DNA from: Obrimoposthia wandeli
Taxonomy: Eukaryota
Assembly (NCBI GenBank): GCA_977020255.1
Contig: CDROCS010006451.1
Location: 1 to 64,000, forward strand
DNA: 64,000 nt
Direction: 5' to 3'
Shown piece by piece: positions 43,899 to 54,100 of this stretch; the first letter of the stretch is position 1, and every line of letters begins with the position of its first letter. The notes under the pieces are model-generated. The model was not told the DNA's origin and did not search any database. It saw only the letters and a list, made by a program, of their open reading frames with translations. The position numbers and the translations under genes were made by a program.

Positions 43899-45587
43899 AT
43901 GGATCCCTACAAAGATATCTGCACCACCCCACTCGAAATGCTTTACCAGTGGAATGAACAAGTTCCAGATCGAGTTTTCTTACGCCAGCCAGTCAATGGC
44001 CAATACAAAACCTATACCTGGGCAAAGGTGAATGACCAAGCTCGCCGCCTAGCCTCTGCACTGTTAGCACAAGGCCTAAGCAAAGGCGACCGTGTCGCTA
44101 TTTTATCGAAGAACTGCGCCGAATGGTTCATCAGTGACTATGCGATTCAGCTGGCAGGCCTGATCAGCGTTCCACTCTACCCAATGCAAACTCCAGATGC
44201 GCTAGAGTACGTATTAACCCATAGCGACTCAAAAGTGATCATCATCGGTAAGCTCGATGGTGCTACCGCGATGGAGCCGGGTATACCAGAAAATGTCATT
44301 CGCATAGCAATGCCTTATGACATGGATATGCGTATTGATCATCAATGGGATAGCCTACTTAGCAATATCGAGCCAAGCGCTGTAAAGCCAGTTCATCCAA
44401 TGGATGATTTAATGACAATCATCTACACCTCGGGTACAACGGGTAACCCTAAAGGGGTTATGCATACCTATCGTAGTTTCAGCTCGGGCGTAGGAAATGC
44501 AACTCGAGTATTAAAGATTAATAAAGACGATCGCTACTTATCTTTTTTACCACTGTCTCATATTGCAGAACGTTTTATGGTGCTGGGCTGCTCCACTTAC
44601 GGTTGCAGTGATGTTTCTTTCGTCGAGTCTTTAGATACCTTTGGCGAGAACCTACAAACGACGCGGCCAACGTTATTATTTGCTGTTCCGAGAATTTGGC
44701 AAAAGTTTCAACAAAAAGTTAATCATAAATTACCGCAAGAAAAGCTAGAAAAATTATTGCGTATTCCGCTAATCAACAAACTGATTCGGAAGAAGATTCA
44801 AAAAGGGATGGGGCTGGATAAATCACGTATGTTGATTTCAGGCGCGTCTCCTATCGCACTGGATTTATTGCAATGGTACAAGGACATAGGCTTCGAAATT
44901 AACGAAGGCTATGGTATGACAGAAAACCTAGCGTACGGCCCCGCGTTAAATTTACCGGGCGCGGTAAAAATAGGGTCCGTTGGCTCAATCACCGCGATGC
45001 CGAATACTGAAATAAAAATAACTGACGAAGGGGAAATCATCACTCGCTCCCCAACGTTAATGACAGGCTATTATTTAGAACCTGAAAAAACTACTGAAAC
45101 CCTTCGTGACGGCTGGCTGCATACCGGTGATAAAGGCGAAATTGATAGTGAAGGTTATCTAACGATTACCGGCCGCATTAAAGACGTATTTAAAACCAGT
45201 AAAGGTAAATTTATTCAACCAAATAAAATTGAATGTTTATTACAACACAACCCTTTAATCGAACAGGTGTGTGTTCTCGGTTCTGGTGCACCACAACCAG
45301 TGTGCTTAATTGAACTGTCCGAAGCGGGCAAGCAATTGGCACAGGAAGATAAGCAAGCTATCGAAACCCGCCTAAAAGAAGCTCTAAAACAGGTAAACCA
45401 AGAGGTTGAACATCACGAAATGCTTGACCGTGCACTGATCATTTCAGATACCTGGACGACTGAAAATGGTTTATTAACGCCTACCATGAAGATCAAACGC
45501 AACGTGGTAGAAAAATACTACACCGCATTATGCGATCAACACAGTACGGATAAGAACGAAGTAATTTGGGCTACCTCTCAACTATAA
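43899..45587 (+). CDS. Long-chain fatty acyl-CoA synthetase (AMP-binding)
   Basis: YTSGTTGNPKG, EGYGMTE, WLHTGD, ITGRIKD, TPTMKIKR. Confidence 0.93.
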   Translation: MDPYKDICTTPLEMLYQWNEQVPDRVFLRQPVNGQYKTYTWAKVNDQARRLASALLAQGLSKGDRVAILSKNCAEWFISDYAIQLAGLISVPLYPMQTPDALEYVLTHSDSKVIIIGKLDGATAMEPGIPENVIRIAMPYDMDMRIDHQWDSLLSNIEPSAVKPVHPMDDLMTIIYTSGTTGNPKGVMHTYRSFSSGVGNATRVLKINKDDRYLSFLPLSHIAERFMVLGCSTYGCSDVSFVESLDTFGENLQTTRPTLLFAVPRIWQKFQQKVNHKLPQEKLEKLLRIPLINKLIRKKIQKGMGLDKSRMLISGASPIALDLLQWYKDIGFEINEGYGMTENLAYGPALNLPGAVKIGSVGSITAMPNTEIKITDEGEIITRSPTLMTGYYLEPEKTTETLRDGWLHTGDKGEIDSEGYLTITGRIKDVFKTSKGKFIQPNKIECLLQHNPLIEQVCVLGSGAPQPVCLIELSEAGKQLAQEDKQAIETRLKEALKQVNQEVEHHEMLDRALIISDTWTTENGLLTPTMKIKRNVVEKYYTALCDQHSTDKNEVIWATSQL

Positions 45588-45605
45588 GATAGTCCTAACA
45601 AAAGC

Positions 45606-45649
45606 AGCCAAGGTTAAATTATTATTGATTTTAACCTTGGCTTCTTTTT
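45606..45649. terminator. Hairpin downstream of the acyl-CoA synthetase
   Basis: AGCCAAGGTTAAA ... TTTAACCTTGGCT followed by TCTTTTT. Confidence 0.65.
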
Positions 45650-45656
45650 AATCTTT

Positions 45657-45757
45657 CCTCTGTGAAGCGCAACGCTCTGTGCCCTCTGTGGTGAAATTTC
45701 TTTTCTTCTAGCAATACAAAAAGCGTTTCACCACAGAGGCACCGAGAACACAGAGAA
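45657..45757. repeat. CACAGAG repeat family R2, divergent inverted pair
   Basis: CTCTGTGAAGCGCAACGCTCTGTGCCCTCTGTGGTGAAA, then TTTCACCACAGAGGCACCGAGAACACAGAG. Confidence 0.85.
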
Positions 45758-45783
45758 AAGCCGAAACCCTCACTTAAAGAGAG

Positions 45784-45984
45784 CTAACTCTTCTTTCGTA
45801 ACGCCGTCACAACCTCACCACCGATGCCCCAATTATCCGTATTCACCTCGTCAATCACCACAACCGTCGTCGCTGGGTTCTTATTTAATACATCCACCAA
45901 CAACTGAGTCACCCCCGCTATCAATTCAGCCTTTTGCTCTCGGGTCACTTGCTCATCAGTAATTTTAATATTCACGTAAGGCAT
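45784..45984 (-). CDS. 4-oxalocrotonate tautomerase family protein
   Basis: N-terminal Pro after Met (PYVNIK), EQKAELI, NWGIGG; 66 aa. Confidence 0.92.
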   Translation of the reverse strand: MPYVNIKITDEQVTREQKAELIAGVTQLLVDVLNKNPATTVVVIDEVNTDNWGIGGEVVTALRKKS

Positions 45985-46016
45985 AATATTTTCTCTTTAT
46001 CAGTACATTCAAATGT

Positions 46017-46949
46017 TTAATTTGTTTTTAACATTTCGTTTACCGTCTTCTTACGGCTTAATAATCGACTGTGAGCAAGCCAAGCTCCCAGACTCACCAA
46101 AATCAACCCCATAATGAGCGCTTCGGAAACGGGCTCATTAAATATCACAATAGCAGCGATGCCAGAAATCACAGGCACAATAGACATCACCGCGCCCATT
46201 TCAGAGGGACCAATTTTTTGTACGGCTTTGACATAAAAGATCATCTGTATAATCGTCGCCATAATCCCTTGATAGAAAGCTTGTAATAAAATATCGCTCC
46301 AACTCGCTTGCGATAAAGCCTTCGGTAAAAAGGCCACATAAATCGGCAGATAGAATAGACACGTCAGTAATGCCAAGCTCACAGTGACTTGCCAAGGCGT
46401 AATCTGCCAGCGCTTAATCAGCACTGAAAACAAAGCCCACAAAAAAGCGGCAGCCACCAGCCAACCATCGCCTAACAAAGTCGTAATATTGACATCGACG
46501 CCGCCGCTGAATACGCCTAGCTCACCCATGAATAGAACCAGAATCCCAAGGGTGATAACGACGATCCCTAACCACTTCTGCAGCCCATGAGATTCTTTAT
46601 TAACTAAAAATGATAATACGATAATGAAAAGCGGCATCATGCCCGGCAACAAAATCGCAGCATGAGATGCCGACGCCAACTGAAAGCCACTAAAGGCACA
46701 CAGAGCATAAGCCAAACCGCCAATCGCACTACAAACCAGCAAGCGCGGGGTGAATAATTTAAAGCGAAATTTAAACCACCAGATAGGCAGTAAAATAGTC
46801 GCACACGTTATGTAGCGAATAGCGATTACATCAAATGCAAGTAGCTCACTCATACCGCCCATTTTGGATACCAGTATGAACCCGGCCCAAATCAGTGCCG
46901 CCATTAAAGCATAGGCATAGCCTTGTTTTTTCAATACTGAACCTTTCAT
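46017..46949 (-). CDS. DMT (EamA) family exporter
   Basis: About ten TM helices in two EamA repeats; likely ATG at 46949. Confidence 0.88.
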   Translation of the reverse strand: MKGSVLKKQGYAYALMAALIWAGFILVSKMGGMSELLAFDVIAIRYITCATILLPIWWFKFRFKLFTPRLLVCSAIGGLAYALCAFSGFQLASASHAAILLPGMMPLFIIVLSFLVNKESHGLQKWLGIVVITLGILVLFMGELGVFSGGVDVNITTLLGDGWLVAAAFLWALFSVLIKRWQITPWQVTVSLALLTCLFYLPIYVAFLPKALSQASWSDILLQAFYQGIMATIIQMIFYVKAVQKIGPSEMGAVMSIVPVISGIAAIVIFNEPVSEALIMGLILVSLGAWLAHSRLLSRKKTVNEMLKTN

Positions 46950-47030
46950 ACGACCCACCTTTCATTCGTCCATGCACTCACTTTATCCTCTCTCATTAGT
47001 TATTAAAAATGAAAAATAGAGAACGAATCA

Positions 47031-47045
47031 TTCAGTATTTGTGAA
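47031..47045. promoter_or_regulatory. LysR-type box TTCA-N7-TGAA upstream of the DMT-tautomerase operon
   Basis: TTCAGTATTTGTGAA; same pattern as two boxes upstream of the LysR gene. Confidence 0.55.
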
Positions 47046-47171
47046 CATGCAGGTATTAAAGAATCCTCAAATATTAAGAATGCGTAAATTATTAGAATGT
47101 TTAGCTTTTTAGAAACTGCAGAAAAAGAAGAGAGAATAATATGAATTACAATTCAGCGTTGGAGCTAAGCA

Positions 47172-49109
47172 CTAATAGCCCCAACGTAAACCAACTAAAA
47201 AGCTGGTGCCTCTGTTGGGCACACCCTGATCATTACCCGAGCCAAGCGCCACACTATTATAACGTTCATCGGTGATATTATTTAAACGTAAACTCAGCTC
47301 TAGCTTGTGCGGCAAAAACCAGCGCACATTAGCATCTAAAAAACTGCGCGCTTTAACATTACGGGTTTCATTTACCGAATTTTTAACATAAGCATCATCT
47401 TTACCGCCGTGCTGATTCAACATCAAAGCGCTACTCCATGTGGCACTTTGATAAATCAAACTCATGCCGGTAAAAAATTCTGCCTCAGAATTAACCTGTG
47501 AAGGGCCGTCAAATATCCAGCTAGCGTTGATATTAGAATGTAGCTTTTCGCTCCATTGCCTATACCACTCTAACTCCAGTCCAGCTAACGTTTCATCTCC
47601 GGTATTATAACGTTCAATAGGCGTAGTTTGAGCATTACTAATAACATCACTCAGCTCCGTATAAAATAACGTGCTGGCTAGGTAGTCTTGAGCTTGTCGG
47701 CTTTGCCAAATTAACTCTGTTGTGCGCGCAACTTCAGGTTTAAGGTTTGGATTCGCGACGACAGCTGCACTGTTCTGGACGTCCGTTTCAACACGACTAG
47801 GCGCGCGATAAGATTCACCATATAACCACTTAAACGCGTGTTTCTCTGTCAGCTGATAAATCAAACCTCCTCTAGGGCTTTGATGCGAGCCAAAGTTGCT
47901 ATAGTCATCATGGCGTAGACCCAAAACATACTCTAAATTACGGCTAATATAGCCTTGATACTGGGCAAATACGCCATAAATGGTTCTATCCGTTAGTGGC
48001 GCTTGCGCGAGATAAGTATCTAATGCACCGTACAAATTAGCATCACTGTCAGTAATTTTAGGCTGGCGCCATTCCACTCCTAGCAGCGCATGACTACCTT
48101 GATCGCCATTATAATTTAGGATCCATTCCAGTTGTGGTTCTTGCTCTTCAATTTCGCCCTCAATACCATATACAAAGGGTCCATTGGGGTCGGTTAACAA
48201 TGCCGCTATTTCAAAACGACGCTGGGTTAAGTTGGCTTTACTACTTAGCGAAAATTGCTCATTAAACCGATAATCGTATTGCATATTAATATAGCTAATC
48301 GTGGCATTTATCCCCTTTTTATTCTCGGATAAAAATCCACCAGTATAAAATTGTTCAGTTTTGGTCTCGCTATGATGCAGGCTTACCTTAAAGTCTTGAT
48401 AAGCCCCTTTGAAATGAATTTCTTTAAATTGATAAGGATCATCAATACTGACAAAGGAATCCGATAACGGATTGTAAGCTTGTAAGTTTTGGCCTTCATC
48501 GTTAATACTACTAACAAACAACTGACTCTGGCCAAAGTCTCCATTATGTAACCATTGGAAATAGCCTTCTCGCTGGCCATTATCCCCCAAGGCTACACTC
48601 GCTTCATTCTGTGCCTGGGTAATTAAATTAATAACTCCCATATAAGCATTGGAGCCATAAATAGCCGAACCTGGGCCGCGAATAAATTCCACTCGCTCGA
48701 CCTTATCTAAATTATTCAGCGCATAATTAAAAGCCCCAGTAAAATCAGTATTAACTCGTTCGCCATCCAATAATATAAGTATCTCTCTGCTATTAGCTGA
48801 AGAGCTAAAGCCGCGACTTGAAAAATTATGCGCAACGCCATCATCTATTCGCTGCGACTGAAAGCCTGGGACAAAATTCATTAGATAATCAAGCCGAGTA
48901 ATACCCATCGCGCGAATTTGCTCACGGGTATACACAGTGACCGAAGCGGGTACCGACTCTAAACTTTGCTCATGTAATGTGGCGCTAACGACTTTAACGT
49001 TCATTAAATTATCAAGTGACATATTGAATAGAGCATCTATTTGGGCATCATTTTTGGCCAATACAAGGCCGTTCCAAACAAGTAATAAAAAGATTAAGGC
49101 TGTACGCAT
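47172..49109 (-). CDS. TonB-dependent outer membrane receptor
   Basis: Signal peptide, plug (VERVEFIRGPGSAIYGSNA.GVINLIT), barrel strands, C-terminal RGTSFLVGLRWGY. Confidence 0.9.
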   Translation of the reverse strand: MRTALIFLLLVWNGLVLAKNDAQIDALFNMSLDNLMNVKVVSATLHEQSLESVPASVTVYTREQIRAMGITRLDYLMNFVPGFQSQRIDDGVAHNFSSRGFSSSANSREILILLDGERVNTDFTGAFNYALNNLDKVERVEFIRGPGSAIYGSNAYMGVINLITQAQNEASVALGDNGQREGYFQWLHNGDFGQSQLFVSSINDEGQNLQAYNPLSDSFVSIDDPYQFKEIHFKGAYQDFKVSLHHSETKTEQFYTGGFLSENKKGINATISYINMQYDYRFNEQFSLSSKANLTQRRFEIAALLTDPNGPFVYGIEGEIEEQEPQLEWILNYNGDQGSHALLGVEWRQPKITDSDANLYGALDTYLAQAPLTDRTIYGVFAQYQGYISRNLEYVLGLRHDDYSNFGSHQSPRGGLIYQLTEKHAFKWLYGESYRAPSRVETDVQNSAAVVANPNLKPEVARTTELIWQSRQAQDYLASTLFYTELSDVISNAQTTPIERYNTGDETLAGLELEWYRQWSEKLHSNINASWIFDGPSQVNSEAEFFTGMSLIYQSATWSSALMLNQHGGKDDAYVKNSVNETRNVKARSFLDANVRWFLPHKLELSLRLNNITDERYNSVALGSGNDQGVPNRGTSFLVGLRWGY

Positions 49110-49258
49110 GACTATCCCCTTAAATGTTAATACCCCTTTAAAAGACTAGACTAAAAGTACCAAGCCACCAGTGTCTAGATAGTGATACTCATATTTGCTT
49201 TCAACCTACCACCTGTCTTAACTCTCTTTCCTATGCCTTCATTACAACCTCCTTACCA

Positions 49259-49305
49259 TTCATAAAAAGTGAATATTAATAATGAAATACTTCATATATA
49301 GTGAA
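49259..49305. promoter_or_regulatory. Two LysR-type boxes upstream of the LysR gene
   Basis: TTCATAAAAAGTGAA (49259-49273) and TTCATATATAGTGAA (49291-49305). Confidence 0.55.
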
Positions 49306-49335
49306 TTAATTAAGTGATAAGAGCGCAGATACAAT

Positions 49336-50184
49336 ATGGAACTTTCAGATTTAAGAGTTTTTCAAGAAGTCGTTCTGTCAGGAGGCATAACGGCCGCCGC
49401 AAAAAAGCTCCATCGTGTACCGTCAAATATCACCGCCCGTATTCAAAAATTAGAACAAGAGCTTGATACCCCTTTATTTTTACGAGAAAAAAACCGTCTA
49501 CGCATCTCCCCTGCAGGAGAGCAGTTATTACCCTATGCCAAACAGATGATCAATCTATCTCAGCAAGCGATTAACGAGTTGCAGCAAACTGCCCCTAAAG
49601 GACGCTTAACCATCGGGGCCATGGAAGCGGTTGCCGCAACTCGGCTAACCGAGCCGTTGATGCGTTTTCACAAAGAATATCCAGACGTTGACCTGCAGAT
49701 TGAAACGGGCCCAACAGGCCAGCTAATCGAGAAAGTATTAGCTGGCAAGGTAGATCTTGCCCTAGTCGCCGACCCGGGAAAAGATGCACGCCTTGAGATT
49801 AGCAATATCGTTGAAGAAGAAATGGTTTTGGTTTCTGATTTAAAACATAAAAAAATCACCTCTACAGATGATCTAGGCCCAGAGCCAACCCTTTTAAGTT
49901 TTAACCATTTATGCGCTTATCGTAGCCGCATGCAAAATTGGGCCAAAGAAGGGGAAGTAGTAGCCAAAGTCATTGAAATTAGCTCCTACCATACATTATT
50001 GAGCTGTGTGACCGCCGGAATGGGAATAGGTATCATACCAAAGGTACTATTAGACAACTACCCTTTCGCCAGTAGTCTTCAGCAGCATTCGCTGCCAAAA
50101 CAGTGGCGCTACAGCACCACTGCAATTATCTGGCGTAAAGATAGCTTAAAACCCAGCATGAGCGCTTTCAGAGACTTTATCTAA
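49336..50184 (+). CDS. LysR-family transcriptional regulator
   Basis: LysR HTH (GGITAAAKKLHRVPSNITARIQKLE) plus substrate-binding domain. Confidence 0.95.
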   Translation: MELSDLRVFQEVVLSGGITAAAKKLHRVPSNITARIQKLEQELDTPLFLREKNRLRISPAGEQLLPYAKQMINLSQQAINELQQTAPKGRLTIGAMEAVAATRLTEPLMRFHKEYPDVDLQIETGPTGQLIEKVLAGKVDLALVADPGKDARLEISNIVEEEMVLVSDLKHKKITSTDDLGPEPTLLSFNHLCAYRSRMQNWAKEGEVVAKVIEISSYHTLLSCVTAGMGIGIIPKVLLDNYPFASSLQQHSLPKQWRYSTTAIIWRKDSLKPSMSAFRDFI

Positions 50185-50188
50185 AGCG

Positions 50189-50620
50189 CTATTTTGCTGG
50201 CCCAACCGAGAAGTGAGCAATACGGTTACCCACTAACAAAGCCAAGATAAAGATCAAAATATCTTCCTGCCCTGTCATGATATTCAATAAGGCAGGGCCA
50301 GGGCATAAGCCGACCATTCCCCAACCAATGCCAAATAAAGCAGCACCTATGAATAATCGAGCATCTAGAACCGTTAAACTAGGCTTATGAAAAATTGAAT
50401 GGAACCAAGGCTGCTTCATTTTATGTGAGCATGCATAAGCCACAGCAAAAATAGCAATCGCTGCCGCCATCACCGCAATAAGCTCAGGCCGCCAATCACC
50501 AAAGATATCAAGAAAGCCCCGCACTTTTTCAGGATTAGACATGCCTGAAAGTAACAGCCCTAAACCGAACAATACCCCAGCCACCAGTGGAGTAATCGTC
50601 TTCATCACTTTATGATTCAT
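50189..50620 (-). CDS. YeeE/YedE-family membrane protein (sulfur-transport type), second gene
   Basis: LFGLGLLLSGMSNPEKVRGFLD, FGIGWGMVGLCPGP. Confidence 0.88.
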   Translation of the reverse strand: MNHKVMKTITPLVAGVLFGLGLLLSGMSNPEKVRGFLDIFGDWRPELIAVMAAAIAIFAVAYACSHKMKQPWFHSIFHKPSLTVLDARLFIGAALFGIGWGMVGLCPGPALLNIMTGQEDILIFILALLVGNRIAHFSVGPAK

Positions 50621-50621
50621 T

Positions 50622-51038
50622 TTATAGTCCTAGCGAATGCGGTAAGTTATTCATAATAAGAACCGTCAACATACCAAACGCAATGAAGGTACACGTCGCG
50701 ATCATAGAGCGAATCGACAGTCGCCCATTACCACAAACACCGTGCCCCGATGTGCAGCCATTACCGATATAGGTGCCCGCACCCACAAGAATACCTGCGA
50801 CCGCAATAACGACTTTATTAGTCGTCATCTGCATGTCAGGGGTTCCGGCGAAATAAACATATAATGGATATGCCAGTAACAAGCCAATGAAAAAATATAG
50901 GCTCCAGTATCGATGACCTTGGCGTAATAAAAACAGATTAGCGACGACACCTGAGATGCCACCGATACGACCAATACCCAACCATAAGGCTGCCGCGGCA
51001 AGACCAATTAAGGCGCCACCGGCTAGTTCATTTAACAT
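50622..51038 (-). CDS. YeeE/YedE-family membrane protein, first gene
   Basis: GGALIGL...GRIGGISG, GNGCTSGHGVCG.GR.S.RS. Confidence 0.9.
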   Translation of the reverse strand: MLNELAGGALIGLAAAALWLGIGRIGGISGVVANLFLLRQGHRYWSLYFFIGLLLAYPLYVYFAGTPDMQMTTNKVVIAVAGILVGAGTYIGNGCTSGHGVCGNGRLSIRSMIATCTFIAFGMLTVLIMNNLPHSLGL

Positions 51039-51198
51039 AATACTCGCTCCTATATATCTACATGCTTATATAATACCACGCTCCTCCATAACCGAGCAGG
51101 CTGCCTTATTATTTATATTTAACAGCACTTACTAGACTGGGCGTCTCGCTTTCAAGTAAAATAACAAATTAATCAATATGAAGTAAGGATACTCACCA

Positions 51199-54100
51199 GT
51201 GCTTTCAATAAAGGCTTTACGCAACCTGTGGCTTTTCATTAGCCTAGGCCTCGCCACCCTGTTTCTTCCCAATACGAGCTTTGCCGCATTACTCGATGTT
51301 CAACAGAAAAATGACATTGTTTATTTTCTCTTTGCCGCACCGAATAAGATTGTCCGCTATGACCTCAATAGTAATGAGTTTTTAGCAAAAATTTCACTGG
51401 CTAAAATCCCTACCGCTTTCCATGTCGGTGAAACAAAGATATACACAAGCTATGGCAAAGATTTAACTCAGTCAGATATTAGCGGCAATACTTCGAGCAG
51501 TATTTTTCAAGCAGTTCACGAAATTGAAAAGCTAACCCTACTAGGTAATTATCTTTATTGTGTTAATAGCGATAATCGAATCGATATCATATCAACTGCT
51601 ACTTACAATAAAATTCAAAACAACTATTATTCAAGCACTGTGACAGATTTAGTCGCTTCGTCGACACAGCAATCAATCTTCTCTGTAAAAGGCTACTCCT
51701 ATACTCCCAGTAAAATGACATTAGATGAAACAGGAAAAATAACACACAGTATTAACTCACCGTTCAGTTCATCAGGTCCTCATGCCAGCAATGTGTACCT
51801 TCATCCAAACGAAAATGTAATTTACACCAATAAAGGTTCCATATATTCAGCGGAAGATCTTAGCTTCAAAGGGACTCTAACAGGCAGTTTTACAGACATA
51901 GCATTCTTGGGTAATCGCCCCGTCGTCATTCGAGAAAATAACGTTTTCATCTACTCTGAAAATAACCTAGATAGCAAAAGCTTTATTTTAGATCACATGC
52001 CAAGCCATGTAGCGGCTAAAGATCAGATCATCACCAGCTTTGTAACAACGAACAGTCTAGTTTCAGCCCATCAGACCAATATTGATCAACTTGTAGAACC
52101 TACGATCATACCCGCCATGGACCCTACAACTAGTGTTTATCAAACTGATTTGATAACTACTGATAACAACAATGTTGTATACCTAGTGGATCAAGAGAAC
52201 CCAGCAATACATCGCAGGAAAGCAGCAGAAAAAGAATTCGCCAGTAGTTGGGGACTGGTAGAGACACCTAATTGGATCACTTATTCCGCATCACACGAAA
52301 GACTCTACCTAGGTTATGAATCAGGAAAAATCACCTATTTCGATACCACTAAAACCGGTGCTACCGAAGAAGTTCACTTCATCAGTTTAACCAATGCAAT
52401 ACGCGCACTCGTTTCAGCAGGGGATTATTTATTCGCCAAAGATGCCCAATATAGCTCCCAGACCCATAGCTACAGCATTGATAAACAAGGTATTATTATT
52501 GACAACCGCAGTAATAACGAAAACTCTGAAGAGTACGTATGGAATCATCTAAATGGCTACATTTACCAAATAAATACACGCTACATAAGATGGACTGAAT
52601 TATTGTCCAGTGATGGTAATTTTGGTATTTACAAGGGTAGTAATTACAATTCAGATAATACCTATAAATTCCCACTACGAATAAGCCCCAATGGCCAAAT
52701 ACTATTATTAGGCTCTGGAGAGATCATTGGTACAAATAACCAAACAGTTCTTAATAACTTAACCAACCCTATTGACGATGCAGCTTGGATCAATGGCAAC
52801 TTAGCGACCATAAAAAAAGGCACGAACACCTTACAGTTTTGGCAGGATGATTACTTATTATCATCTGAACATCAACTTTCAAAAACAAAAAATACTCGCT
52901 TATTTAACTTGAATGAAAAACTATTAATTGTTAAACAATCCGATACTCGCCCGATATTCATTTATACCGATGTAGTCACTATTTCAGATAGCGACGACGA
53001 TTCAATTAACGACTTTGATGATAATTGTGAATTCATAAGCAATGTAGAGCAAGCCGATTTAGATCAAGATGATATTGGTGATGTCTGTGATGAGGATAGC
53101 GATAACGACTTAATTCCTAATACAATAGAGACTGCAGCTGGATTAGACGTATTAAACAAAGATGATGCTTTATTAGACTTAGATGGCGATGGTTTTAACA
53201 ATTTTTCTGAATATTTATATACGACTGATATAAATGATAGTGAATCCAAGCCTGCAGCGATAACGGTACTCGCTGAAACGTTCGATAGTGGCATTCTTAA
53301 AGGAATATATACGCTCAATCCAAATAATGAATTGGTAATTATTCAAGAAGAAGATACGCACTATCTATCAACTCTCGTACCGCAAGACCCAGATCAATCG
53401 ACCAGTTTTTATTACACCGGAAATTTTGAACAGGGTTTATTAGAATTAAGATATCACCTTGATGGTTATCGTAGTTATAGCCTAGAAATCATTATTGATG
53501 GAGAGGCTGAAAACCCTAAAAACACATTCGGAGGCTGGGAAATCATTTTTCTGAATCTCGACTCTGGCGCACATACCATCGAGTTTAAATTTACCTTCTC
53601 ATCTGAACCCAACTCATCTAGCCAATATAATGCTCTGTTAAAAATCGATTATATTAATTACGGTTTGGATGCTGATAGCGACAAGGTTCTCGACACATTA
53701 GACAACTGCCCATCCGTTTCGAATAACTATCAACAAGATTCAGATAATGATGGTCTAGGCAACGAATGTGATAACGACCCTTATGGCCGAGACAAAGATT
53801 CTGATGGCTATGGGGATAACCGAGACAACTGTCCGGATGACTACAACCCAGACCAGCTAAACATTGATAATGATTATTACGGCGATGCCTGTGACGACGT
53901 CGATGATCGACCTAGTGATGTCGATCAAGATGGTATTCCAGATCATTCTGATAACTGTCCAAATACAGCCAACCCAGAGCAAGCCAATTTTGATCTTGAT
54001 TTCCTCGGTGACAGCTGTGATCTAGATAGCGATAACGATGGGCTATTAAATACAATTGAAGACCAATACGACTTCCTGAATGCATTTGATGCGACGGATG

